A program made the translations under genes and the position numbers. Positions 33,830 through 43,604 of a stretch of 64,000 nucleotides of DNA are shown one piece after another (positions within the stretch are counted from its first letter, which is position 1; every line of letters begins with the position of its first letter). Source of the DNA: an uncultured Candidatus Saccharibacteria bacterium (lineage in GTDB: Bacteria > Patescibacteriota > Saccharimonadia > Saccharimonadales > JAUPVS01); contig CAYPFM010000003.1 of assembly GCA_964410185.1 (NCBI GenBank), positions 18,437 through 82,436 of the forward strand, written 5' to 3'. The notes under the pieces are model-generated. The model saw nothing but the letters and a program-made list of their open reading frames with translations. It was not told the DNA's origin and made no database searches.

Positions 33830-34360
33830 CTACCGGATATGGCGAAAAAAGACCAGCTGAGCATCGCCATAGGTTTTTTGCGCAATAACCTCAAGACCCT
33901 TGAGGCGAGCAACTTCGTACTGGGCCGGCCATGAAAGCACATAGATGCCCCGTGGTGCCAAATGACGCACCAACTTTTCAACAATCGGAAACGGCAGTTT
34001 GTCGTAGGGTGGGTCAACCAGGAGCAAGTCAAACTTTTGGTCCCAGTAGCGGTTCGACCAGCTGAGGGCATTCGTTTTGATGAAGCGAGCTTTGTCGACA
34101 CCTAGGCTCATGATATTGGCTTCGATGGCCGTGGCCGCTGGCTTGTCGTTATCCAACAAGAGCGCGCTGGCTGCACCACGACTGAGGGCTTCAAAACTTA
34201 AGGCTCCCGAGCCGGCAAAGGGATCTAAAACGGTCAGTCCTTTGATGTCACCAAGCACGGCGAACATCGCGCCTCGCATCTTCTCGCTCATCGGATGGGT
34301 GCGGTGCCCATCGGGGGAAACAAACTGTCGCCCACCGAGCTCACCAGCAATAACCCGCAT
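33830..34360 (-). CDS. rsmD: 16S rRNA (guanine966-N2)-methyltransferase
   Basis: 176 aa containing VLDPFAGSGALSFEALSRGA and the DPPY motif (LLLVDPPYD). Confidence 0.88.
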   Translation of the reverse strand: MRVIAGELGGRQFVSPDGHRTHPMSEKMRGAMFAVLGDIKGLTVLDPFAGSGALSFEALSRGAASALLLDNDKPAATAIEANIMSLGVDKARFIKTNALSWSNRYWDQKFDLLLVDPPYDKLPFPIVEKLVRHLAPRGIYVLSWPAQYEVARLKGLEVIAQKTYGDAQLVFFRHIR

Positions 34361-34362
34361 AG

Positions 34363-35184
34363 CTAGGCCTTTTCGACCTTACCGGCATCAACTAATGCCG
34401 CATACCAAGACAGTGTCACAGCCTGCACAATCAAGGGGCCCAGTTTTTGTCGAACCTGGCGGGCTAATTTAGGTGTCCAGCCGCGTTTGTGATATTCGTC
34501 AAACATATTCAGCACTGCGATCTCGCGGGCGGTTCGCTTGAACCACTCAGCCACCCCAAGTTCTTGAATCTGTTGGAGCTGGTGCTGGTTTGGGACAGCT
34601 TCACCAAAAGCCAAGGGCTTAATAATGGCTGCGATGCCCAGTTCAAACATAATGTGGGCGGTGAGCAGACCTTTGGGACCCCACATCAACCAGTTGTTCT
34701 TCATCTGGTGACGGCGGTTTTCGCCGGGCATGACCAGCTTCTCTTTGACGGTGGTTCGTGTTTCGATACCCTGGCCGCCCCGTAGCTCAATCAGTTTCTC
34801 TTCGTATGGGAAGTGATGGGCAGGTGTTAGGCCATCAACCAATGCGTGCGACAACCAGGCCGCCTCAAAGGCACTGCGTTCGGTGTTGCCCTTCTTTAGC
34901 TCTTTCACGAGACTATTGTAGTGATCGACAATCAGATCAATCAGCTGTGAATCTTCGTCATCAAAAGGACTGTAGTAGTGCCAGGGCTCGTCTTTGGCGG
35001 GGCTTTTACGCTTAATGCCATCAGGGCCATTTTTGCCTTCGAAGCGAAGGATGTTGCCAATTTTAGGAAAGCCCACATCATGATGGGTAATTTTGTCCAG
35101 CTGACGACGAGCGACGCGATCGAGCTTTTGGTGCGCGCCTAGGACGCGGCCAGAAAACTTATTAAAGGTGGTTCCTGAATACAT
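34363..35184 (-). CDS. hypothetical protein (weak resemblance to the zinc phospholipase C / P1 nuclease-like His-rich fold)
   Basis: 273 aa ORF. The segment AAWLSHALVDGLTPAHH resembles metal-binding helices of that superfamily, but I cannot confirm this by eye. Confidence 0.55.
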   Translation of the reverse strand: MYSGTTFNKFSGRVLGAHQKLDRVARRQLDKITHHDVGFPKIGNILRFEGKNGPDGIKRKSPAKDEPWHYYSPFDDEDSQLIDLIVDHYNSLVKELKKGNTERSAFEAAWLSHALVDGLTPAHHFPYEEKLIELRGGQGIETRTTVKEKLVMPGENRRHQMKNNWLMWGPKGLLTAHIMFELGIAAIIKPLAFGEAVPNQHQLQQIQELGVAEWFKRTAREIAVLNMFDEYHKRGWTPKLARQVRQKLGPLIVQAVTLSWYAALVDAGKVEKA

Positions 35185-35193
35185 GTCTGTTTT

Positions 35194-37230
35194 CTAATTT
35201 AGATTTGTAATCGCGCGAAGCGCTGTAACGTGCTCATATAACTCTTGGTATTTTAGCAAATTTTCGCCTTTATCAATAACTTCCTGAGCAGCTTGGCGGG
35301 CCGCCGCAATTAGTCTGGTATCTGTTAATTTGGCAATTCTGAGGTCTAATTGTCCGTGCTGGAAGGTGCCGTAGATCGCACCCGGACCACGCAGTTCCAA
35401 GTCCAGCTCGGCCAAGGCAAAGCCGTCACTGGTATTGGCCAATGCCCGAAGGCGTTTGCTGGGCACCTTGGCTTCGGTCAACATCAGGTAGCAATAGCCC
35501 TGGTGGTGACTACGCCCTACCCGTCCGCGCAACTGGTGCATCTGGGCTAGACCAAACCGCTCGGCACTTTCAATCAGCATGACGGTGGCGTTGGGCACGT
35601 CAACACCAACCTCAATCACTGTGGTGGCCACGAGCACATCAAGTTTATGCGCCACAAAGTCTTCCATGATTTGATTTTTTTCGTCGGCCTTCATCTTGCC
35701 ATGCAATAGGCCGACTCGGTAGTTTTTAAACTCGCGTTCGGAGAGATCTTTGTAAACTTCCTCAGCCGAGCGAGCCTGTAATGCCGATGAATCGCTAATC
35801 AACGGGGTGACCACAAACATTTGTCGGCCAGCATCGAGTTGCTGCTTGATGGTTGCATACAGTTGCTGGCGCGAATGGTTCGACACCAATTCGGTCTTGA
35901 TTGGTAGTCGATCACTCGGCTTGACGTCAATCACCGTGATATCAAGCTCACCATAGAGCGTCAGCGCCAAGCTGCGCGGAATTGGCGTGGCCGTCATATT
36001 GAGTACGTGCGGCATATGCCCGGCCTTCTTTTGCAGTTGCTTACGCTGATCAACGCCAAATCGATGTTGTTCATCGATCACGACCAACCCCAGTTTGTGC
36101 ATATCGACGGTTTCCTGGATCAGGGCGTGCGTACCAACTATCAGCCGCACCGTGCCATCGGCGATATGACTACGGACCAGGGTTTTTTGCTTGGGTTTGA
36201 GTCCGCCAACCAACAAGCCGACCTGATTCGCAAAACCGAGGGGCTCCAACAGGTTATAGAGTGTCTCGGCGTGCTGCCGGGCCAAGAGTTCAGTCGGTGC
36301 CATAAAGGCCACCTGAAAGCCCTGCTCCATAGCCATGAGCGCCGCCATCGCCGCCACCACCGTCTTACCAGAACCGACATCGCCTTCAATCAAACGATTC
36401 ATCGGGTGTTTTTGTTGCATATCCATATATATCTGCCAGACCGCTTTGCGCTGAGCGTCGGTCAAGGTAAAGGGCAGATGGCTGACAAACTCCTTGGCGA
36501 GGGCTTCTTTAAACGGAATCTCGAGGCTTTCGAGCTTTAGAATCTCGTATTTGTTCATCAGGGCCGCCAAACTCAACTGGAAGACCTCTTCAAATCCTAG
36601 CCGGGCCCGGGCACGTTCCAAATCATCGGCATCGGCGGGAAAGTGGATGGCATGCAGTGCCTGGCTGCGACTGATAATTTTTTGCTGTTTAATAATCCAG
36701 GCTGGCAAACTTTCCGGTAGTTTATCGACCATCGGAATCACGTTTCTGATTGCCCGCCGGATTTGGGCCGATTTTAGACCCTTGGTCTCTCGGTAAATTG
36801 GCACGATTCTAGCACTGTTAACCGGAAAGTCGCTGACGAGCTCTAGGGCAGGGTTCATAATCGCCAAGCGCTGGTGAGACATCTCAAACAGGCCAGTTAT
36901 AAAATAGTCGGTACCCCGTTTGGTTTGAGTAGCGCGATATGGCTGGTTGAACCAGACCAACCGTACACTTCCCGTGTCGTCGCTGGCAACCGCTTCGGTA
37001 ATATGCATGCCACGGCGCACATAACGACCCTTGATCTCTTTAATCTGAGCCCGGATCGTGACGGTGCCTGGGTGGAGTGCCTTAATGGTTTGAATCTGCG
37101 AATAATCATCGTAGCGACGAGGAAAGTAAAACAATAGATCCTGAACGGTTTTTAAGCCGAGCTGCGCAAACTTAGCGCCTACGGCTGGACCAACTCCCTT
37201 AACGTCCTGCAACGGACTACGTAATTCCAT
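35194..37230 (-). CDS. recG: ATP-dependent DNA helicase RecG
   Basis: 678 aa with a wedge domain plus SF2 helicase motifs (GDVGSGKT, DEQHRFG, TATPIPR, QLRGRVGR). TATACT lies 6 nt before the ATG. Confidence 0.96.
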   Translation of the reverse strand: MELRSPLQDVKGVGPAVGAKFAQLGLKTVQDLLFYFPRRYDDYSQIQTIKALHPGTVTIRAQIKEIKGRYVRRGMHITEAVASDDTGSVRLVWFNQPYRATQTKRGTDYFITGLFEMSHQRLAIMNPALELVSDFPVNSARIVPIYRETKGLKSAQIRRAIRNVIPMVDKLPESLPAWIIKQQKIISRSQALHAIHFPADADDLERARARLGFEEVFQLSLAALMNKYEILKLESLEIPFKEALAKEFVSHLPFTLTDAQRKAVWQIYMDMQQKHPMNRLIEGDVGSGKTVVAAMAALMAMEQGFQVAFMAPTELLARQHAETLYNLLEPLGFANQVGLLVGGLKPKQKTLVRSHIADGTVRLIVGTHALIQETVDMHKLGLVVIDEQHRFGVDQRKQLQKKAGHMPHVLNMTATPIPRSLALTLYGELDITVIDVKPSDRLPIKTELVSNHSRQQLYATIKQQLDAGRQMFVVTPLISDSSALQARSAEEVYKDLSEREFKNYRVGLLHGKMKADEKNQIMEDFVAHKLDVLVATTVIEVGVDVPNATVMLIESAERFGLAQMHQLRGRVGRSHHQGYCYLMLTEAKVPSKRLRALANTSDGFALAELDLELRGPGAIYGTFQHGQLDLRIAKLTDTRLIAAARQAAQEVIDKGENLLKYQELYEHVTALRAITNLN

Positions 37231-37258
37231 AACTACAGTATAGCAATCTGTTACGGTT

Positions 37259-37675
37259 ATGATTGCAATCCGAGAGTTTCATCGATATAAGTATGTTATG
37301 ACAGGTTATCACGAAATTGGCCACCAACCGACCCCGGACGAGATCTTCGCTGATATGGCCGTGGGTTACGCCGCTATGGCCGGTGTCTATCTAGAGATTT
37401 ACCCAGAAGCTGACTACGAGCATGGTGGCATCATGTTTTCGGCCGTCTGCCTGCCGATGGACTTGCACGACCGCATGCTCAGCGCCTTTAACGAGCGCTA
37501 CCAGCATGAGCCGCCCAAACTGAAACCAAACCAGCCACAACCGATTTGGATAGCCTGCGACCGCCTTGAGCTAGGTATTATTAGATCGATGCCCTCTTAC
37601 CGCACGGGCCTCCGCACAGCGGCCGAGGCACTGCGAGCCACACTGGCTACTTACGACGACATACCAAGATGGTAG
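37259..37675 (+). CDS. hypothetical acidic protein (orf138; alternative start at 37298)
   Basis: ORF divergent from recG. TATAAG (37286-37291) lies 6 nt before the ATG at 37298. No recognisable motif. Confidence 0.5.
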   Translation: MIAIREFHRYKYVMTGYHEIGHQPTPDEIFADMAVGYAAMAGVYLEIYPEADYEHGGIMFSAVCLPMDLHDRMLSAFNERYQHEPPKLKPNQPQPIWIACDRLELGIIRSMPSYRTGLRTAAEALRATLATYDDIPRW

Positions 37676-37683
37676 TAATCTCT

Positions 37684-38451
37684 TTAGTGGGCTTTTTTGA
37701 CAAGCAAGAAAGTACTTGGACCAAAATATGTTCGTGCCAAGGCAGGCTGCATGATCTTTTCTAGGTCAAGCATAATGCTGCGCGGCACGATTTTCTTCAG
37801 CGCTGGTGAGCGAAGGTTAGATACAGATAGTGTCTTTTCGACTTTCATGCCGGCGTGGGCCAATTGTTTGATAACTGTCTTGGGGTTGTGGTTCACAAAA
37901 GCAATTTCGTCATCTTTACGATTCTCGGCGGAGCGGATATCAACTGGCTGGGTGGGCATCTTTTGGAACTTTAGGGCGTGCTTAACGCGGTTCTGGGCGT
38001 GGGTGTAGTTGGCGATTTCGAGCAGGAAGTAGCCATCATCGGTTAAAGCTCGGGCGATTTCTTTGAACTCTGCCGATGGGTCAGGTAGATGGTGCATAAC
38101 GCGAATCATCATAATCAGATCAACTGATTTGTCACCAAATTTAAGGTCGTCCGCTTGCATTAGTTTTTGGTCAATTTGCGGATAGTCCTTGAGGAAGTCT
38201 TTGGCGATATCAAGCTGTTGCTGCGATGGTTCAGCCAGCGTCACTTTTTCGGCATACTCACTGAGCAGCACACACAAGCGACCATAGCCGCCACCAATGT
38301 CCACGGCGTGCTTAAATGTTTTGCCCTTGAGGAAGCGCTTGATAGCGACAACTTCGGCGGCGTTCTCGTAATCGCGACCCTCCCAGTAGTGGAGATAATT
38401 GTGACTGGGGTCGTTATATTGGTCGGCTTTTTTGGTGGTAGTTTTATTCAT
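37684..38451 (-). CDS. class I SAM-dependent methyltransferase
   Basis: 255 aa with motif I (VDIGGGYGRL) and a downstream acidic loop. Substrate unknown. Confidence 0.8.
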   Translation of the reverse strand: MNKTTTKKADQYNDPSHNYLHYWEGRDYENAAEVVAIKRFLKGKTFKHAVDIGGGYGRLCVLLSEYAEKVTLAEPSQQQLDIAKDFLKDYPQIDQKLMQADDLKFGDKSVDLIMMIRVMHHLPDPSAEFKEIARALTDDGYFLLEIANYTHAQNRVKHALKFQKMPTQPVDIRSAENRKDDEIAFVNHNPKTVIKQLAHAGMKVEKTLSVSNLRSPALKKIVPRSIMLDLEKIMQPALARTYFGPSTFLLVKKAH

Positions 38452-38470
38452 CGGGGTTTAGTATAGCAGA

Positions 38471-39739
38471 CTAGCCGTTTAGCTCAACCAGAGCTGTGTC
38501 CTTAAACTTTTTGCCTTTGCGGAGTAATAAGTGACCATTAACAAAGTCGGCGGCCTCAAAATTCTCGCGCGTAATCTTCTGGTTATTGAGGGAGATGGCG
38601 TTGCCAGCCAGGAGCCGTCGCGCTTCGGTGTTCGAACCGGCCAACCCGGAACTTACCAGTACTTCAACAACACTACCATTGACCGTCGTCAGCGCGTTGG
38701 GTTGCTCATGGCGCATAACCGCTAAGGCGGCTGCCCCAGCGTCCGATAAGGTGGCTTTTCCGACCAGTAATTCGGTTACTTTTTCGGCTCGCTTCATCTC
38801 TTCGTGACCATGCACTAACGCAGTCACCTCTTGAGCCAGGCGAGTTTGGGCGGTCCGCATCTGTGGCGCTTCTTTATGATGATGCATGACTTTGTCGATC
38901 TCTTCTTTATCAAGCTCGGTGTAAATCTTGAGGTACTCTTCAACACCCTCGTCATCGACGTTAATCCAGAACTGGTACATCTGGGTTGGTGAGGTCTTTT
39001 CCGCATTAAGCCAGACCGCGCCCTCTTCACTTTTACCAAACTTCTTGCCGGTGGCCTTGTTAATGATGAGTGGGCAGGTATAGGCATTCACTTCCACGCC
39101 ACGAACCCGGCGCACCAAATCGATTCCAGACAGACAGTTGCCCCACTGGTCAGCACCAGATAGCTGGAGGGCTACACCGTGGTCATCATATAACTTCAAA
39201 AAGTCGTAACCCTGTAAAAGTGTGTAGCTAAACTCAGTGTAGGTGATACCGGCTCCGTCTTCGCCGATGCGCTTGGCGATGTAATCACGTTGCACCAAGG
39301 GCGTCATACTAAAGTGTTTGCCCACATCTCGGAGATATTCAACCACCGTCATTTTTTTGAACCAGTCGAGGTTATTCACCATCACGACCTCGCTACCGAT
39401 GAGACGTTCGAGCTCTTTTTTAACAGCAGCCACATTAGCATGAATCGTTTCCTCGGCTTGCAAAGGACGTTCTTTATCTTTGCCGCCTGGATCACCAATT
39501 AAGCTAGTGGCTCCACCGGCTAAGATAACTGCTTCGTAGCCATGGCGGATAAAGACCTTGTCCATCATGATTGCCGCGAGGTTACCGATTGTTAAGGAAT
39601 CGGCCGACGCATCAAAGCCATGGTAAAACTTCAGCTTATTCTCATCTAAAGCTGTTATATCTTTAAGGGTGGATTGGTTTACAAAACCACGCCAGGTTAA
39701 TTCTTCACTTAGGGTCATCTTTTTAACTGTTTGGTTCAT
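38471..39739 (-). CDS. tyrS: tyrosine--tRNA ligase
   Basis: HIGH-like FDASADSLTIGNL, KMSKS-like KFGKSE and a C-terminal S4-like domain. The ATG at 39739 lies 7 nt after TATACT (39747-39752); the track start at 39745 lies only 1 nt after it. Confidence 0.95.
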   Translation of the reverse strand: MNQTVKKMTLSEELTWRGFVNQSTLKDITALDENKLKFYHGFDASADSLTIGNLAAIMMDKVFIRHGYEAVILAGGATSLIGDPGGKDKERPLQAEETIHANVAAVKKELERLIGSEVVMVNNLDWFKKMTVVEYLRDVGKHFSMTPLVQRDYIAKRIGEDGAGITYTEFSYTLLQGYDFLKLYDDHGVALQLSGADQWGNCLSGIDLVRRVRGVEVNAYTCPLIINKATGKKFGKSEEGAVWLNAEKTSPTQMYQFWINVDDEGVEEYLKIYTELDKEEIDKVMHHHKEAPQMRTAQTRLAQEVTALVHGHEEMKRAEKVTELLVGKATLSDAGAAALAVMRHEQPNALTTVNGSVVEVLVSSGLAGSNTEARRLLAGNAISLNNQKITRENFEAADFVNGHLLLRKGKKFKDTALVELNG

Positions 39740-39849
39740 AGACATTAGTATACCTTACACGAAAGTAGCCTGTAGCATAAGCAGAATTTATGACTATTAT
39801 TCCGGATATTTTGCTATAATAGACACATCAAGGAGCAAGTTGGTAACAT

Positions 39850-42800
39850 ATGAGTAAATCTGGTAAAAACGCGCGCAAACCGGGGCGGGTTGGCAAGAAT
39901 TATTTTGTCACCAAAAGTGGTAGCACCATCAAGTTAAATCGTAGCCTGAGCACACGTCTCAAGGCTTACAAGGATGGCAAATCAAAGCGTAAAGCAGCCT
40001 CGTTGAGCACCCTTCCTAAGGGTCGAGTCAAGCGCTTTTTCGCTCGTTTTGAGCCCAAGCGCATGTACCACTACTGGTTCAGCCGCGATGGGGCTGTTAT
40101 GGCTCTTAAGATTCTGGGCATCGGTATGGTGGCCGGCTTTTTGCTATTGGTTGGTCTTTTTGCATATTTCCGTAAAGACCTGCCGAACCTGAAGGATATC
40201 TCTGGCAACAACCTCGGCGGCAGTATCCGTTATTACGACCGTAGCGGTAATGTCCTATTATGGGAAGACTATGCGGCGGTTAAGCGCACCCCCGTAAAGG
40301 AAGATCAGATTTCCTCTTATATGAAAGACGCCACCGTTGCGATTGAAGACAAAGACTTCTTTAAGCACGGCGGCTTTGACGTCCGCGGTATTGCTCGCGC
40401 GGCCGTTAACGATGCTGTTGGCAGTGGTGGCACCCAAGGTGGTTCAACGATTACCCAACAGGTCGTTAAGCTAAACCAGAACTGGACCAAAGACCGCTCG
40501 CTGACCCGTAAAGTCAAAGAACTTATCCTGGCGGTTGAACTGGAGCGCGAATACTCAAAGAACGAGATTTTGACTGGTTATTTGAATATTGCCCCGTACG
40601 GTGGCGTCGACTACGGCGTTGAAACCGCCTCGCGTGATTATTTTGGAGTCAGTGCCAAAGACTTAACGCTTGCCCAGGCCACAATGTTAGCGGCCATTCC
40701 AAAAGCTCCAACTGCCTATTCACCTTTTAGTGATCCTCGCTTTAACCCAGGCGCAACGGCCAGCTTGTTTGATCAAGAGGCCTTGATTGGTCGCCAGCAC
40801 TATATTCTCGATCAAATGGCCAGCCAAGGTAAAATCACCCAAGCCCAGGCTGATGAGGCAAAGAAGATTGATGTGGTTGCACAGGTCCGCCCACTCCAGC
40901 CACTGTACAATGGCATTAAAGCACCGTATTTCGTGTTAGCTGCCAAGCAAGAACTCAACCAAAAGTACGGTGAGACGGCGACTAAACGTGGTGGCTGGAA
41001 AGTTGTCACCACTCTCGACATGGCGCTGCAAGGCAAAGCCGAAGAGTTGGTCACCAAGAACGTTTCGAACATTGGTCGCCTAACTAACGGTGTTGCCGAT
41101 GCCCAGGCCTTAGTGGCGGAGGATGTAGCCACCGGACAAATCGTGTCGTTGGTAGGTGGTTCCGACTTTAACAATGCCGACCACGGAAAGATTAACTACG
41201 CAGCTTCGGCGCTGATTCCACCGGGCTCTAGTTTTAAACCATATGACTACGCCGTCTTTATTGATAACAACACCAATGTTGGAGCTGGCTCGGTGCTGTA
41301 CGACCAGCAAGGTCCGCTGCCCGGCTACCCTTGTACGGTCAAGACGCTCGGCATCAACAAGAATGGTAACTGTCTGCAAGACTACGACTTTAAATATCCA
41401 GGTCCAATGACTTTGCGCTACGCCCTTGGTGGCTCGCGTAACGTACCAGCCGTCAAAGCCATGCTGTCGGCCGTCCCCAACGATACTAGTGACGGTAAAG
41501 TTAACTCGATTAACAAAGTTATTAGCACCGCCTCGGCCATGATGGCTAATCCCTACATCTCTAAGCCCTACCAGTGTTATGCCAGCGGCGTCGACATCAA
41601 TAACGCCACGGCCGCTGATGTTACCCAGTGTTATGGCGCGTCGGCCATCGGTGACGGTGCCTTCCTGCATCTTGACGACCACGTCAACGGGCTTTCAACC
41701 ATGGCTCGACTGGGTAGTGCCATTCCTCGCACCTATATTATGAAAATCACCGACACTGGCGGTAAAACGGTCAGTGAATGGACGCAGCCCAAGGGCAAGC
41801 AAGTTATCAAGCAAGATTCTGCCTTTATTGTTAACGATATGGCCAGCGACCCTAACGCCAGTTATCTACCAAGTAGTTATAAGTTTCAGAACCAAAAGAA
41901 CGGCTGGAAGTTCGCCGTTAAGACCGGTACCACCAACAACGGTTTCGATGGTTTAATGACGAGTTGGTCAACCAAGTACGCGGTTGTGACTTGGGTTGGT
42001 AACCATACTCGTAACCAAGAGCTGCACACTGCCATGGAATACCTAACCACACCACTGGCCCGCGGCTGGATGGAAGCTGCTCACGCCAATCTCAAGCCGG
42101 TTAACTGGACCGCACCGAATGGACTTAAAACCTTGCCCGCCTATGTCGTCCGCAACCACGTTGGTATCGGTAGCGTCGAGCCAAGCCGGGCAACCGACTT
42201 CTTCCCGTCTTGGTACCAAGGTAAAACAGCCGGCTCAACCAATAAGACCATCGACAAGGTTTCGAACAAAGTTGCCACCAGCTGTACACCAGAAGCCGCC
42301 AAGGATAACCGCAGCAATGCCAATGCTAATAGTTTCTCGGTTGATATCTTCGTCAGCGGCGCGGGGGCTGCCAGTGGTGGCGAAGCCAGCGGTAATGACG
42401 ATGTCCATAACTGTAGCGATGCCAAACCAAGCATCACCGTGACAGCATCTGGTTGTGATCTTGTGGCCACTGCCACACAGGGTACTCATCCGCTTTCGGG
42501 AGATAAGTTCCCCGGTACCGTTACTTTTATTATCAACGGACAGAATGTGTCGACCGCTAATGTCAGCAATAGCCCGTCTTCGGTCAGCTACACCGTACCC
42601 GCTGGAACTACATCCGTTACCGCCAAAGTCACCGATAGCGTCTTGTATGAAGATAGCTCAACCATTGATGTGAGTTGTGCCGGCGCTTCCCCGCTGAGCA
42701 ACCTCACGCATAGTGGTGGTACCTATAACTGGACCGGCGGTAGTGGCAGCGTAACAATATACAAAAATGACGGTGTCAGCATCCTTTGTGGTCCCGTCTC

Positions 42801-42891
42801 GGCTACATCTGGTACTTGCTCGGGTACGCCACCTCCGGGCGGCAATTACAAGGCCAAAGACGACAGCGGCACCTTTGTTAGTGGCGCCTAG
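39850..42891 (+). CDS. class A penicillin-binding protein (glycosyltransferase plus transpeptidase) with a long C-terminal extension
   Basis: 1013 aa with a basic cytoplasmic tail and a TM helix. GT51 motifs (EDKDFFKHGG, GGSTITQQ, RKVKE), transpeptidase SxxK (SSFKP) and KTGT. About 210 extra C-terminal residues. Confidence 0.93.
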   Translation: MSKSGKNARKPGRVGKNYFVTKSGSTIKLNRSLSTRLKAYKDGKSKRKAASLSTLPKGRVKRFFARFEPKRMYHYWFSRDGAVMALKILGIGMVAGFLLLVGLFAYFRKDLPNLKDISGNNLGGSIRYYDRSGNVLLWEDYAAVKRTPVKEDQISSYMKDATVAIEDKDFFKHGGFDVRGIARAAVNDAVGSGGTQGGSTITQQVVKLNQNWTKDRSLTRKVKELILAVELEREYSKNEILTGYLNIAPYGGVDYGVETASRDYFGVSAKDLTLAQATMLAAIPKAPTAYSPFSDPRFNPGATASLFDQEALIGRQHYILDQMASQGKITQAQADEAKKIDVVAQVRPLQPLYNGIKAPYFVLAAKQELNQKYGETATKRGGWKVVTTLDMALQGKAEELVTKNVSNIGRLTNGVADAQALVAEDVATGQIVSLVGGSDFNNADHGKINYAASALIPPGSSFKPYDYAVFIDNNTNVGAGSVLYDQQGPLPGYPCTVKTLGINKNGNCLQDYDFKYPGPMTLRYALGGSRNVPAVKAMLSAVPNDTSDGKVNSINKVISTASAMMANPYISKPYQCYASGVDINNATAADVTQCYGASAIGDGAFLHLDDHVNGLSTMARLGSAIPRTYIMKITDTGGKTVSEWTQPKGKQVIKQDSAFIVNDMASDPNASYLPSSYKFQNQKNGWKFAVKTGTTNNGFDGLMTSWSTKYAVVTWVGNHTRNQELHTAMEYLTTPLARGWMEAAHANLKPVNWTAPNGLKTLPAYVVRNHVGIGSVEPSRATDFFPSWYQGKTAGSTNKTIDKVSNKVATSCTPEAAKDNRSNANANSFSVDIFVSGAGAASGGEASGNDDVHNCSDAKPSITVTASGCDLVATATQGTHPLSGDKFPGTVTFIINGQNVSTANVSNSPSSVSYTVPAGTTSVTAKVTDSVLYEDSSTIDVSCAGASPLSNLTHSGGTYNWTGGSGSVTIYKNDGVSILCGPVSATSGTCSGTPPPGGNYKAKDDSGTFVSGA

Positions 42892-42896
42892 AGGAT

Positions 42897-43604
42897 TTAC
42901 TTCTGCTTAGCTGTGGTTTTGAGCTCGGCAAAAATCATCTTACCGGCAACGGTTTGATGCGTGCGTGTCACCTCAACCTTGACCGACTTGCCAACCGACT
43001 TAGCAGCCCCATCGACAACCACCATGGTACCGTCATCTAAGTAACCAACGCCTTGGTTCTTGTTACTGCCCTTTTGCACGATAGTGATGGTCTTAGCCTC
43101 GCCAGGCAGTGCCAAGGGTCGTAGGTGCTGAGCCAGCTCGTTAACGTTCAAAACGGTCACACCCTTGATGTCGGCAACCTTATTGAGATTGTAGTCAGTC
43201 GTGTAAAGGCGAGCCTGGCGTTTTTGCGCCAAGGCGACAAGCTTATCGTCAACTTCTTTAATCTCTGGATATTCGGTGTTGTCGACAAGTACCGAAACAG
43301 ACGTATTGGCCTGAAGTTGCTGCACAACCTCCAAACCAAAGCGGGCACGTTCGCGTTTGTGAGCATCTGAGCCATCTGCGAGGTGCTGGAGTTCGCCTAG
43401 GATGAATTGAGGGATAATCAGCGGTCCACTCATGAAGCTGTTGTTAGCGAGCTCCAGAATGCGTCCGTCAATCAGGGCGCAAGTATCCAAAATCGTTTCT
43501 GGCCCCGTACTTTTAGTGTTTCGGTTTTTCGATTTAGTATTTCGCTTTGTTACCAGCAGGCCTATGACGGCCACTAGTAAAATTATTTCGATGTAATCTT
43601 TCAT
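42897..43604 (-). CDS. PIN and TRAM domain-containing membrane-anchored protein (YacL-like)
   Basis: 235 aa with an N-terminal TM helix, a PIN domain (ILDTCALIDGRI) and a C-terminal TRAM-like beta domain. It lies immediately downstream of radA, the usual arrangement. Confidence 0.8.
   Translation of the reverse strand: MKDYIEIILLVAVIGLLVTKRNTKSKNRNTKSTGPETILDTCALIDGRILELANNSFMSGPLIIPQFILGELQHLADGSDAHKRERARFGLEVVQQLQANTSVSVLVDNTEYPEIKEVDDKLVALAQKRQARLYTTDYNLNKVADIKGVTVLNVNELAQHLRPLALPGEAKTITIVQKGSNKNQGVGYLDDGTMVVVDGAAKSVGKSVKVEVTRTHQTVAGKMIFAELKTTAKQK

Noticed and set aside
33584-34101. ORFs of 116 aa (+) and 143 aa (-) spanning the tRNA-Leu region
   Set aside because: They run through the tRNA gene and rsmD in wrong frames or strands. 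There is no support for them.
36007-36540. 177-aa plus-strand ORF inside recG
   Set aside because: It is an antisense shadow ORF of recG.
41110-41682. 190-aa minus-strand ORF inside the PBP gene
   Set aside because: It is an antisense shadow ORF. The PBP frame carries all the conserved motifs.
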